Part shown: positions 1 to 8,708 of the stretch, piece by piece | Position numbering within the stretch: the first letter of the stretch is position 1 | Layout: each line of letters begins with the position of its first letter | Assembly: GCA_963749155.1 (NCBI GenBank) | Contig: CAVVLO010000002.1 | Span: forward strand, 1,120,001-1,184,000 | From: an uncultured Armatimonadia bacterium | GTDB taxonomy: Bacteria > Armatimonadota > Zipacnadia > CAVVLO01 | Direction: 5' to 3' | Length of the DNA stretch: 64,000 nt | Position numbers and translations under genes: made by a program | The notes under the pieces: generated by a model | Database searches by the model: none | Told to the model about the DNA's origin: nothing | The model's input: the letters and a program-made list of their open reading frames with translations, nothing else

Positions 1-1
1 C

Positions 2-430
2 TGGAATCAACCTGAAGCTACCACCGAGACAATCCGGGATGGGTGGCTCTATACAGGCGATCTGGGCTATGAAGATGAGGAAGGCTATTTCTTCATAGTC
101 GACAGGAAGAAAGATATGCTTATCACCGCGGGGATGAACGTCTACCCGCGCGAGATAGAAGAAGTGCTTTATCGCCATCCCGCAGTCAAGGAATGCGCCG
201 TCATCGGGCGTTATGATGAGCAGCGAGGCGAGGTGCCCGTTGCCGTTGTAGCGCTGAAAGAAGGTAGCACCGCGACCGACCGCGAGCTCATCAACCACTG
301 TCGAGGCAGTCTTGCCCGCTACAAGATTCCCAAAGCGGTCATCTTCATGGACGCCTTGCCGCGGACCACCTCAGGAAAAATCCAAAAACGTCTGCTGACC
401 AAGGAGCTGGACCTCTCCAAGGGCGACTGA
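2..430 (+). CDS. Long-chain acyl-CoA synthetase / AMP-binding enzyme, C-terminal part (5' truncated by window)
   Basis: Frame is open from base 2 and reads GWLYTGDLG..IVDRKKDMLITAGMNVYPREIEE and LPRTTSGKIQK, motifs of ANL adenylating enzymes. Confidence 0.92.
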   Translation, partial: WNQPEATTETIRDGWLYTGDLGYEDEEGYFFIVDRKKDMLITAGMNVYPREIEEVLYRHPAVKECAVIGRYDEQRGEVPVAVVALKEGSTATDRELINHCRGSLARYKIPKAVIFMDALPRTTSGKIQKRLLTKELDLSKGD

Positions 431-462
431 TTAGTGCGATATAAAAGTAGGTTAGTATTTCT

Positions 463-498
463 GCTCCCTGTCCGGTTCTCGGGCAGGGAGCTTTCCTT
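463..498 (+). terminator. Candidate intrinsic terminator
   Basis: 12-bp stem GCTCCCTGTCCG/CGGGCAGGGAGC, 5-nt loop, short TTTCCTT tail. Confidence 0.45.
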
Positions 499-542
499 GG
501 AGGCAGAAGTCAAATAGGAACACGTTGCCAGGAGGATTCCTA

Positions 543-806
543 ATGCGCAAAGAAGACCTCGTGTTGTTGTTCGAACCCGAAGATGATGTCGCCGCGATGA
601 TACTGCAGAGCATGCTGGAGGAGGCCGGGGTTGCAGTAATGCCTCGCCCTTTCGAGGATAAAGCTCTGGATGGCCTGGTTGAGCTTCAGGAAGGCGGCCT
701 GTGGGGCCAGCTTTATGTGAACGCCGAACAGCAGGAAGAGGCCAGGCAAGTCCTTCAGGATTTCCTTGATAGCCGGGAGGAGGGCTCGGACGAGGAAGCA
801 GACTAG
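543..806 (+). CDS. Small acidic protein, DUF2007/GlnB-like putative signal-transducing family
   Basis: ATG 543 after GGAGGA; pattern AAMILQSMLEEAGV..LYVNAEQQEEARQVL resembles DUF2007. Confidence 0.6.
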   Translation: MRKEDLVLLFEPEDDVAAMILQSMLEEAGVAVMPRPFEDKALDGLVELQEGGLWGQLYVNAEQQEEARQVLQDFLDSREEGSDEEAD

Positions 807-928
807 TCCCCTTGTATCGGCAATTAGACGGAAAGAAAAGCCAGGCAGATACCAGGTCAAGGCAGGCAAAGCAGGCTAGTTTGGCGTAGTTGTGGCATCC
901 AGCCGCAGGCAATCTCTAGAGAAACTAA

Positions 929-975
929 CCCCAATAAATAGGGGGGGTAGTTCGTTGACCCTCCATATATTGGGT
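929..975 (+). promoter_or_regulatory. Tandem NrdR boxes (929-944, 960-975)
   Basis: cccCAATAAATAGggg and cctCCATATATTGggt each have one core mismatch to acaCwAtATaTwGtgt, start 31 bp apart, directly upstream of nrdR-nrdD. Confidence 0.85.
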
Positions 976-983
976 GGTAAACT
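955..983 (+). promoter_or_regulatory. sigma70-type promoter of nrdR-nrdD
   Basis: TTGACC (955-960), 17 bp, TAAACT (978-983) with extended TG; the second NrdR box covers the spacer. Confidence 0.7.
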
Positions 984-1016
984 AAATCTTGACATCACAC
1001 GCGGGTGGGCTTGCTG

Positions 1017-1529
1017 ATGAAGTGTCCTCGATGTGGCTCTGAGGAAACCCAGGTGAAAGATTCACGACTGACCTCCGCAGGAAAGGTCGTCAGGCGCCGC
1101 CGTTTCTGCTCGCATTGTGAGTTCCGGTTCACCACGCGCGAATACGCTAGCCTGCCCACTATCCTGGTCACCAAACGCAACGACCGCAGAGAACCTTTTG
1201 ACAAACAGAAATTACTTTCAGGTCTGGAAAAAGCTTGCGTCAGGCGGGCAATCAGTCCTGCGGATATGCAAGATTTCGTCGAGCAAGTCGAGGAAGACTT
1301 GATTGAGTCCGGTGTGACAGAGGTCCAAAGCCGCGCTTTGGGCTCCCGAGTCCTCGAATGGCTTGCCCGCAAAGATCCTGTAGCCTTCCTGAGATTCGCC
1401 TCCGTATTCGCGGATTTTGATAGTCCCGATGACTTTGTAAAATGGGTAGAGCATCTGGTGCATGAAGAGGCCGAAGAAAGGGCCCAGACCAGTGACGAAG
1501 GTCAGCTCCCCTTGATGGAAATCCAGTAA
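1017..1529 (+). CDS. nrdR: Transcriptional repressor NrdR
   Basis: MKCPRC..VKDSR..RRRRFCSHCEFRFTTRE zinc ribbon, ATP-cone (REPFDKQKL), AFLRFASV. Confidence 0.97.
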   Translation: MKCPRCGSEETQVKDSRLTSAGKVVRRRRFCSHCEFRFTTREYASLPTILVTKRNDRREPFDKQKLLSGLEKACVRRAISPADMQDFVEQVEEDLIESGVTEVQSRALGSRVLEWLARKDPVAFLRFASVFADFDSPDDFVKWVEHLVHEEAEERAQTSDEGQLPLMEIQ

Positions 1530-1575
1530 AAGCCTAGTCAGTCGAACCAACTACACCAGGGGGGGTCCAAGTATC

Positions 1576-3705
1576 GTGATCGAACAAGACATCCAACTCT
1601 CACCGGAGCCTCAACCCAAATTATTCGAAGCCCAGAGCAGCGCAACTGATATGTCGCTGTTCGTCCGGACCTCCGAAGAAAAACTCGCCAACTGGGATAG
1701 AACTTATATCGTGGAGGCCCTGCTGCGCGAGACAGGGCTTTCGCTGGAACTGGCAGAGACAATTGCTGTAGAGGTCGAGCAGCAGCTCAAAGCTGCCGAG
1801 GTTAGTTCTATCTCGGCGCCCCTGGTGCGAGAGCTGGTCAACGCGAAACTTATAGAGAGAGGCCTGGAGACCGAGCGCAAGCAGCATACGCGCCTTGGTA
1901 TGCCAATCTACGACGTGCGGTGCCTGCTGGCCGAGGCCAACAAAGAGAACGCCAACCTTCCGCATAACCCCGAAGCTACAAATCTGGCCCTGGCGGAACG
2001 CATCAAAAAGGAATTCGCGCTGCTTGAGGTCTTCTCACAAGATGTCGCCGACGCGCATATGAACGGCGAATTGCACCTGCATGACCTGGGTTTTATTGAC
2101 AGGCCATATTGTTCAGGCCAGTCACTCGAGTACGTCAAGAAATTCGGCCTCGACCTGCCCAATGCTCTCTCCAACGCCAAACCCGCCAAGCATCCCGAAG
2201 TTCTGCTTGCCCATATGGTCAAGTTTTCGGCAGCTCTTCAAGGCCATTTCGCGGGGGCAATAGGCTGGGATGCAGTTAACCTTTTCTTCGCTCCATATCT
2301 CGAAGAGATGCCCGATGGAGAGCTGGAGCAGCTAGCCCAGATGCTTATCTTCGAGTATTCCCAGCAGGCCGTCGCAAGAGGCGGACAGGCCATCTTCTCG
2401 GACATCAACCTGTATTGGGAAGTGCCAAAGCACTTCCGTGATGTCGAGGCGATCGGGCCTGGCGGTCAGTACACGGGCAAGACCTATAAGGAATATGAGA
2501 AGACCGCTCAGCGGTTTTTATGGAAGCTATTCGAGGTCTATATGGGGGGCGATGCGGCGGGCCGGCCTTTCTTCTTCCCCAAGCCTCTCGTCCATATGAC
2601 TGAGGATTTCTTTGCCGCAGAGGGCAATGAGAAGTTCCTGGAGTTTATCAGTGAGGTAGCCACCGTCAAGGGCAATACTTATTTTGTGTTTGACCGAGGC
2701 GAGACGGCCAAAATCAGCGAATGCTGCCGGCTGAGTTTCAAACTGGAGAAGTCTGACCTGGACGATGCCAAACAACCCTGGCGGATGCGTTATAGCGCCC
2801 TGCAAAACATCACTCTCAACCTGCCTCGGGCGGGCTTGCAATCAGGCCAAGATGACTCGGTGTTGATGACCCGACTTGATATGCTGCTCGAGCTGACCGC
2901 GAAGGCGCATATCCAGAAGCGCCGTTTCATTGAGAAATCTCTGGCGCAGGGGCAGGACGGCCCGTTGGCCTTGCTTGCAATGCAGCGCGATGGCCAGAGT
3001 TATCTGAGGATGCACCGAGTCAGTTATCTGATTGGGATGCTCGGGCTCAATGAGCTTGTGCAAGCGCATACAGGCCAGCAAGTTCATGAATCACGCGAGG
3101 CCCTGATGCTCGGGCTGCGCGTCATCGCCCATATGCAGCGCAAGTGTCAGGAGATGAGCGCCAGGTACGGGATGCACTTCGTGCTGGAGCAGACGCCTGG
3201 TGAGTCGACGGCTTACCGCTTCGCCAAGCTGGATCATCGGCAGTATGGCGCGAAGGCCGAACCGCTGCTACGGGGCGAGCTTTCCAATAACCAAATCTAC
3301 TATACGAATTCGACTTATCTCAACAATGGCTTATTTATCGACCCGATAGAGCGGGTGGCCATCGAGGGCAAGTTCCACCCGATGATCGAAGCAGGTGCGC
3401 TTACTCACGTCTGGCTTGGCGAGTCGCAGCCTTCGGCAGCCTCGGTAGGCAACTTTGTAAAGAAAACGTTCAGACAGACGGAGAACGCCCAAGTGGCGTT
3501 TTCGCCGGAGTTTACTTTCTGTGCTGGTTGTGGCAAAACTATACGAGGACTTCACCAGTTGTGTCCGAATTGTGGCTCAGAGAATACCGAAGGTATCACC
3601 CGTGTAACAGGATATTTCTCTAAGGTAACAGGATGGAACGACGGGAAGCTCGGAGAGCTGAAGGACAGATACAGGAATCACCATTATTTCGGCTCCAAGA
3701 CCTGA
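1576..3705 (+). CDS. nrdD: Anaerobic (class III) ribonucleoside-triphosphate reductase with N-terminal ATP-cone
   Basis: HLHDL, RPYC, SECCRL finger loop, EQTPGES, YYTNS, CxxC..CxxC Zn site and the RVTGY glycyl-radical motif. Confidence 0.96.
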   Translation: MIEQDIQLSPEPQPKLFEAQSSATDMSLFVRTSEEKLANWDRTYIVEALLRETGLSLELAETIAVEVEQQLKAAEVSSISAPLVRELVNAKLIERGLETERKQHTRLGMPIYDVRCLLAEANKENANLPHNPEATNLALAERIKKEFALLEVFSQDVADAHMNGELHLHDLGFIDRPYCSGQSLEYVKKFGLDLPNALSNAKPAKHPEVLLAHMVKFSAALQGHFAGAIGWDAVNLFFAPYLEEMPDGELEQLAQMLIFEYSQQAVARGGQAIFSDINLYWEVPKHFRDVEAIGPGGQYTGKTYKEYEKTAQRFLWKLFEVYMGGDAAGRPFFFPKPLVHMTEDFFAAEGNEKFLEFISEVATVKGNTYFVFDRGETAKISECCRLSFKLEKSDLDDAKQPWRMRYSALQNITLNLPRAGLQSGQDDSVLMTRLDMLLELTAKAHIQKRRFIEKSLAQGQDGPLALLAMQRDGQSYLRMHRVSYLIGMLGLNELVQAHTGQQVHESREALMLGLRVIAHMQRKCQEMSARYGMHFVLEQTPGESTAYRFAKLDHRQYGAKAEPLLRGELSNNQIYYTNSTYLNNGLFIDPIERVAIEGKFHPMIEAGALTHVWLGESQPSAASVGNFVKKTFRQTENAQVAFSPEFTFCAGCGKTIRGLHQLCPNCGSENTEGITRVTGYFSKVTGWNDGKLGELKDRYRNHHYFGSKT

Positions 3706-3732
3706 GCCGCATGGCGAAGGTTTTGAGCATAA

Positions 3733-3807
3733 AGGGTTGATCGACACTCGTTCCTCCAAGCAGAGTGCAAGAGCGGAATGGGCAGCCGCTCACGCACGAA
3801 CAACCCT
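3733..3807. ncRNA. Candidate structured RNA (three-stem junction) downstream of nrdD
   Basis: AGGGTTG/CAACCCT closing stem; internal hairpins CACTC/GAGTG and GAGCGG/CCGCTC; no family recognised. Confidence 0.3.
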
Positions 3808-3810
3808 AAG

Positions 3811-3842
3811 AGAACGGCCCCCCCATCGGGGGGGCCGTTCTT
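3811..3842. terminator. Strong hairpin, probably a bidirectional terminator between convergent operons
   Basis: Perfect 14-bp inverted repeat AGAACGGCCCCCCC-ATC-GGGGGGGCCGTTCT. Confidence 0.8.
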
Positions 3843-3913
3843 GTTAGAACCAGTTGATGCCGGCGGCCCATGCCAGACCAGTTGGGCGCCTTCACAAGCC
3901 TATTCCGGACCGG

Positions 3914-4495
3914 TCACTCGCCGATGTCGCTCTCTGGTGCTTCATTTTCCGAGATTTCACCAGTGACCTCGCCTTCGTGAGCCTGAGCATAGTCCACCAG
4001 GAAACTAATCAGTGCCCGCGCGCCTTGTTCAGCGGCCTTGGAGAAGTCTCCTTTGGCGAGATAAGGCACCATTACCTCGACCAACAGCTTCTCGGATTCT
4101 TCATCGGTGAAGATATGCTCCAGCCCATAGCCGACTTCGGACTCGACCCGGCGTTCATCAAGGGTTATCAGGAAGAGGATGCCCAGGTTCTGCTCCCCAC
4201 CCAGGTCCCAGGCGTTATGCAGCCAGAAGACATATTCCGAGGGCTTGAGGGGCCCAGTTGTCTGCACGAGCGCGAACACGAGTTCAGGGCCAACCTCTGC
4301 CTTGAAAGCCGCCAGCTCGCTCTCAAGCAGCTTGGCTGTCTTGGCGCTCAGCTTGCCCACATAGTCATTGACAAAGCCCAGGCGCTCAGGCGGCGCCTTG
4401 CCAGCAAGACTTGCCAAATCGTCACTAGAGAAACCGCACTGCTCGCACTTGGGAAGGGCATCGTTTATCTCCACACCACAACGTGGACACTTCAT
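3914..4495 (-). CDS. TPM-domain protein with N-terminal zinc ribbon, no signal peptide (TPM5)
   Basis: MKCPRCG..CEQCG, then FVNDYVG..GILFLI..ERRVESEVGYGLE; ATG 4495 after GAGGTG. Confidence 0.85.
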   Translation of the reverse strand: MKCPRCGVEINDALPKCEQCGFSSDDLASLAGKAPPERLGFVNDYVGKLSAKTAKLLESELAAFKAEVGPELVFALVQTTGPLKPSEYVFWLHNAWDLGGEQNLGILFLITLDERRVESEVGYGLEHIFTDEESEKLLVEVMVPYLAKGDFSKAAEQGARALISFLVDYAQAHEGEVTGEISENEAPESDIGE

Positions 4496-4515
4496 CCGAC
4501 TCACCTCTTCAGAAA

Positions 4516-5388
4516 TTAGAAACTTGCGCCACCGCCACCGCCACCTGAGGAGCCACCGCCAAAACCTCCGCCCCCTCCGCCGCCGCTCCCACTTCCACTT
4601 CCGCTGTAGAAACTGTGCGCCAGGGGACTATAATCGTCCAGATATTGCTTGCGGCTTACCCGTTTAGTGGCGCCGCAGCTGGGACATTCATACAGGAATC
4701 TTGTGGCTGTGCTCTCAGCCTTATTGCGTTTCATCCTGGTTTTACAGTGTGAACACCTCACACCGCGTATCCAATAGAAAAGGGGGCCAACAAGAAAGCC
4801 CCAGAGGAAAACACCGGCCATTAATAAGGCTACGAGACAACCACAGACGTTCGAAAGCCCTTCCTTGAAGCGATCCCAGCCAGAGGGCTTCCACTCCTCT
4901 CCCGTTTCCAGCACCTCGACAAGGGCTGGCATAAGTGCCGCAAGGCCACTGTACCAGTCGTCATCTTTGAAGTGGGGCACTGCGTATTCTTCGAGCAGGC
5001 GAGTACAGAAGATATCCGGCAGCACCCCTTCCACGCCATAGCCAGTTATTATCTCTACTCTCCGCTCCCCGATACACAGCACCACGATTACACCGTTATC
5101 GAGACCGGCCTTCCCCACACCCCAGTTATCAAAAAGTCCCTGGGCAAAATCGCGTGTATCAGCGAAGCCCTCGGGCAACGCGCTGGTGATGACGAGGGCT
5201 AACTCGTCCCCATGACGTTGCTCCAGGCCTTCGACCAGCGACACAAATTCGGCTTTCTCGGAGGCAGACAAGACGCCCGCGAAATCGTTGATGTAACCTT
5301 CAGGGGCTGGCACCTCGCGCAACGCCCAACCAGGCAGGGCAAATATAAGGAAACAGAGCACGAGCAGCGCCAGGTTAGAAACTCGCAC
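4516..5388 (-). CDS. TPM-domain membrane protein with Zn ribbon and Gly-rich tail (TPM4)
   Basis: GTG 5388 with GGAGG upstream gives signal peptide MRVSNLALLVLCFLIF; YINDFAGVL..DNGVIV..RRVEIITGYGVEG; TM; CSHC..CPSC; ends GGGASF. Confidence 0.88.
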   Translation of the reverse strand: MRVSNLALLVLCFLIFALPGWALREVPAPEGYINDFAGVLSASEKAEFVSLVEGLEQRHGDELALVITSALPEGFADTRDFAQGLFDNWGVGKAGLDNGVIVVLCIGERRVEIITGYGVEGVLPDIFCTRLLEEYAVPHFKDDDWYSGLAALMPALVEVLETGEEWKPSGWDRFKEGLSNVCGCLVALLMAGVFLWGFLVGPLFYWIRGVRCSHCKTRMKRNKAESTATRFLYECPSCGATKRVSRKQYLDDYSPLAHSFYSGSGSGSGGGGGGGFGGGSSGGGGGGASF

Positions 5389-6274
5389 CTGCGCCACCTC
5401 CTCCTGATGAGCCTCCCCCAAATCCACCAAAGCCTCCTCCAAAACCGCCTCCCCCAAATCCGCCACCACTTGAACCTGAATCCCAATCCCACCAGTGCCC
5501 ACTTTCATCTTCGACTAGCAGCTCTTCGCCACAAGCAGGACAGATGAACCAGCGACCCTTTGGATGCAGCTTGTCCCAATTGCGCTTCGTCTTGTGGTTG
5601 CAGGCGGGGCACCGGGGCCGTGAAAAGACTTTCCACAACCAGATTGGGACAAAGAGCACTAGGAACCACAAGTCTGGCCAGTTGGCCAGCAAGCTCACCA
5701 GACTACGCCAAAATCTGACAGGGGCATGAGTAATCCAGTAACCGACTCGCTGGGTCCAGGAAGGCTCCCAAGGTTCGGCAGCCCTCATTATCGGCAAGGT
5801 GGCGTTAACCAGCGCTGTCAGTCCCCCTGCCCAGTTACTGTTGCGAAACTGGGGAGTGGCATACTCCTCCAGCAAGCGGATGCAAAGCTGATCAGGCAGG
5901 ATTGCTTCCAGACCATACCCGGTTGCCATCTCGACACGTCGCCCCGCGATGTCGAGGTAGATAAGCAGCCCATTGTCTGCCCCTTGCTTGCCAATGCCCC
6001 AACTGTCGAAGATAGCTTGCGCACGGTCTTTGGACAGCCCCGGGCCGCCCTCAGGGGCTGCTTCGATGAAAATCGCGACCTCGACTGCGGTCTCCTGGGC
6101 GAACTGCCCAAGCTGAACCTCAAGTTGCTGGCGAGTTCCTGGATCAAGTGCGCCCGTGTAATCGTTTACCCAGCCGACTGGGCGTGGCACTGGTTGGGCA
6201 TACCCCGTCAAGGCCAGGCAGGCGATCAACAGCGCCGTGAAACCGACAGCGTAGCGAGAGGCGCATCGAAGCAT
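5375..6274 (-). CDS. TPM-domain membrane protein with Zn ribbon and Gly-rich tail (TPM3)
   Basis: Signal peptide; WVNDYTGAL..DNGLLI..RRVEMATGYGLE; TM; CPAC..CPAC; ends GGAGASF. Confidence 0.9.
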   Translation of the reverse strand: MLRCASRYAVGFTALLIACLALTGYAQPVPRPVGWVNDYTGALDPGTRQQLEVQLGQFAQETAVEVAIFIEAAPEGGPGLSKDRAQAIFDSWGIGKQGADNGLLIYLDIAGRRVEMATGYGLEAILPDQLCIRLLEEYATPQFRNSNWAGGLTALVNATLPIMRAAEPWEPSWTQRVGYWITHAPVRFWRSLVSLLANWPDLWFLVLFVPIWLWKVFSRPRCPACNHKTKRNWDKLHPKGRWFICPACGEELLVEDESGHWWDWDSGSSGGGFGGGGFGGGFGGFGGGSSGGGGAGASF

Positions 6275-6289
6275 AAGGTGTTCCCGAGG

Positions 6290-7198
6290 TCAGAAGCTGG
6301 CCCCAGCGCCACCTCCTCCCGAGCTGCCTCCTCCGAAGCCACCGAAGCTGCTACTACTGCTGCTGCCCGAGGAAGAGCTGCCTGACCAGCTCGACCTGCT
6401 CGAGGACGAACTGGAACCTGAACTCGGAGAGGGCGGTGGGACATATTCCCATTGCTGGTGACCACAGGAAGGGCAGATATACTTCACATAGCGAGGCAGG
6501 CGCGTCTGCTCTTCCTTGGGAGCTTTCCTGGTCTTCTTCTTGCACTCTTCACAGTAAACGGTCAAAACCCAGCGGAAGAAGAGGATGACCAGGACGATGC
6601 CACCGAAGAACAACAACCTGTAGAACCAGGTCAGCCAGAGGGGTGTGAGTTCGGGCTCTTCGCTCTCCTCAGCGGCATAAGCCTCGTCCTCTTCATAGGC
6701 TTCGCCTTTCTCCAGCACCTCGATGACAGCGCCGGCAAGCGCGGTGAGGCCGCCAGCCCAGTCTTCCTTTTTAAAGGCAGGCACTGCGTATTCCTGGAGC
6801 AACTGACCGCAGCGCACATCGGGCAGAATACTCTCAACTCCATAACCAGTTTCGATTTCAACGCGCCTTGCCCCGATACACAGCAATATGAGGACGCCAG
6901 TATCATTGGTCGCCTCACCCACGCCCCATTCGTTGAACAGAGCGGTCGCCAACTCCTTGGAGTCCTCGTAATCGGCAGGCATCTCATCGAAGATGGCGAT
7001 CGTAAACTCGTAGGGGGTGGTGTCTGATAGAGTGGCGAGACGGTCGTTCAGTTCGACTCTGACGGCCGGGTTGAGCACATCGGCAAAGTCGTTAACATAA
7101 CCGATAGCCTCAGGCAGGCTGGTTTGGGCCCATCCTGAGAAGGCCAACAGTAAAAGCAGAACACCAACTAGCAGGAGTCGCAAGCTAGAAGCTGGCAC
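6290..7198 (-). CDS. TPM-domain membrane protein with Zn ribbon and Ser/Gly-rich tail (TPM2)
   Basis: Probable GTG 7198 (alternative TTG 7183); YVNDFADVL..DTGVLI..RRVEIETGYGVE; TM; CEEC..CPSC; ends GGAGASF. Confidence 0.88.
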   Translation of the reverse strand: MPASSLRLLLVGVLLLLLAFSGWAQTSLPEAIGYVNDFADVLNPAVRVELNDRLATLSDTTPYEFTIAIFDEMPADYEDSKELATALFNEWGVGEATNDTGVLILLCIGARRVEIETGYGVESILPDVRCGQLLQEYAVPAFKKEDWAGGLTALAGAVIEVLEKGEAYEEDEAYAAEESEEPELTPLWLTWFYRLLFFGGIVLVILFFRWVLTVYCEECKKKTRKAPKEEQTRLPRYVKYICPSCGHQQWEYVPPPSPSSGSSSSSSRSSWSGSSSSGSSSSSSFGGFGGGSSGGGGAGASF

Positions 7199-8057
7199 CT
7201 CCGCCACCCCCTCCGGATGACCCACCGCTGAAACCGCCCCCGCCGCCCCCACCACTGGAACCACTCGAGCTGAAGCTGGAGCCCGAATAACCCGAGCCCG
7301 TTGCCCGGCTGCTCATCGCACGGCGGTAGACGGTAGTGCCACATACGGGGCATTTATAGACCATACTGTTGCCGATGGTCTTCTCATACTTGAGACGCGA
7401 CTTGCAGTTGGGGCACTTGGCCCAGAGGAACTTGCCCGCTATCACGAGGGCAATGATGATAAAAGGCAGCAGCATAATCCCGCCGAAAAACAGACTTATG
7501 AGGATTCCAAAAACGACAGGTACGGTCCCGCCACTTGAGGAGCCAGTAGGACTCTCATAGGCCTGACCCGACTCCAGAACCACGCAGACAGCCTCAAGTG
7601 CCTTCTGCAGGCCCTCGCCCCAGTTGCCCTGTTTGAAGGAGGGAACGGCGTGGTCTTCGAGGAGGCGCGTGCAGAGCTGGTCGGGCAGAAGACCTTCTAC
7701 GCCATAACCGGTCTCGATTTCAACGCGTCTGGGACCTACTGCAAGCAGCATCAGGACGCCGTTGTCTGCGCCCTTCTTGCCGACACCCCACTTGTTGAAA
7801 AGCGCAGTGGCAAGTTCTTTCGGGGTGCTGATATCTTCAGGCAAGTCCTGCACGACCACAACGGCAATCTCGCCGCCGGTTTGAGCCTCACAGGTGGTGA
7901 TACGACTTTGCAGGGCGGCTTCTTCATCAACCGAGAGCAAATCGGCGAAGTCATTCACCCGACCGACAGGGTCAGGCAGGTCAGCCGACCAGGCCAGAAC
8001 AGCCAGCAACAACCCAGCCGCCAGCAACACGGCCACCAGGTACGCGGAGCGGGTCAT
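7185..8057 (-). CDS. TPM-domain membrane protein with Zn ribbon and Gly-rich tail (TPM1)
   Basis: Signal peptide; RVNDFADLL..DNGVLM..RRVEIETGYGVEG; TM; CPNC..CPVC; ends GGGASF. Confidence 0.9.
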   Translation of the reverse strand: MTRSAYLVAVLLAAGLLLAVLAWSADLPDPVGRVNDFADLLSVDEEAALQSRITTCEAQTGGEIAVVVVQDLPEDISTPKELATALFNKWGVGKKGADNGVLMLLAVGPRRVEIETGYGVEGLLPDQLCTRLLEDHAVPSFKQGNWGEGLQKALEAVCVVLESGQAYESPTGSSSGGTVPVVFGILISLFFGGIMLLPFIIIALVIAGKFLWAKCPNCKSRLKYEKTIGNSMVYKCPVCGTTVYRRAMSSRATGSGYSGSSFSSSGSSGGGGGGGFSGGSSGGGGGGASF

Positions 8058-8069
8058 CGCGCCTCCCCC

Positions 8070-8708
8070 CTATTGGTGGTGCGGGCTAGTTTCGAAGCTG
8101 ATCTCCGGCACCTTTTCGGCGCCCTCGGCCATCTCGAAGTATTCCTTCTCGGTATCAAAGCCCAGGATACCGACGAAAAGCTTCATTGGCAGAGCTTTGG
8201 CAGCCCGGTTATAGTTGTTTACCGATTCGTTGTAGCGCTTGCGCTCTACCGTGATGCGGTTCTCGGAGCCTTCAATGGCAACTTGCAGATCCCGGAAGTT
8301 TACGTTGGCTTGCAGTTGAGGATAGGCCTCGGTAATGGAGAGCAACTGCGACAGCGCCTGGGTGATCTGGTTGTTGGCCTGACTGGCGTCCTGTACAGTG
8401 CGCGCCGCCATAGCTTTCGAACGCGCCTCGGCCGCGAAGGTGAAGATCTCCTTCTCGTGCTTGGCATAACCCTTAACAACCTGCACGAGCTGGGGGATCA
8501 TATCCGCGCGACGCTGAAGGACATTCTCCACCTGCGCCCAGGATTTGCTGACATCCTGATCCATATTTACGAGGGAGTTGTAGGCGCCGAAAACGAAAAG
8601 TGCCAGCGATATGAGCACTAGCGCCAGTATGGCCGCACATCCCCCAAAGAGCATACAGCTTTTACTGCGCCCTCCTGAGGGCTGGTCTGTGGGTTGGACT
8701 TCTCTCAT
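8070..8708 (-). CDS. lemA: LemA family protein
   Basis: TM, then YNSLV..WAQVENVLQRRADMIPQLV..YAKHE..EAYPQL..ENRITVERKRYNESV. Confidence 0.95.
   Translation of the reverse strand: MREVQPTDQPSGGRSKSCMLFGGCAAILALVLISLALFVFGAYNSLVNMDQDVSKSWAQVENVLQRRADMIPQLVQVVKGYAKHEKEIFTFAAEARSKAMAARTVQDASQANNQITQALSQLLSITEAYPQLQANVNFRDLQVAIEGSENRITVERKRYNESVNNYNRAAKALPMKLFVGILGFDTEKEYFEMAEGAEKVPEISFETSPHHQ

Noticed and set aside
3737..3800. Hammerhead ribozyme or purine riboswitch
   Set aside because: The CUGANGA/GAAA core and purine-riboswitch junction sequences are not matched
5389..5508. N-terminal extensions of ORFs 4516-5508 and 6290-7264 in the ORF track
   Set aside because: They are off-frame readings of the previous gene's Gly tail; later GTG starts give proper signal peptides
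4516..7300. Gly/Ser-coding repeats as a CRISPR array or VNTR
   Set aside because: They are degenerate coding sequence about 0.9 kb apart, with no constant repeat-spacer period and no cas genes
7650..8621. Long opposite-strand ORFs (also 9259-10215, 13625-14779, 34534-35514, 36716-37840, 53703-54317)
   Set aside because: Antisense shadows of clearly recognisable genes in GC-rich DNA, with no motifs of their own
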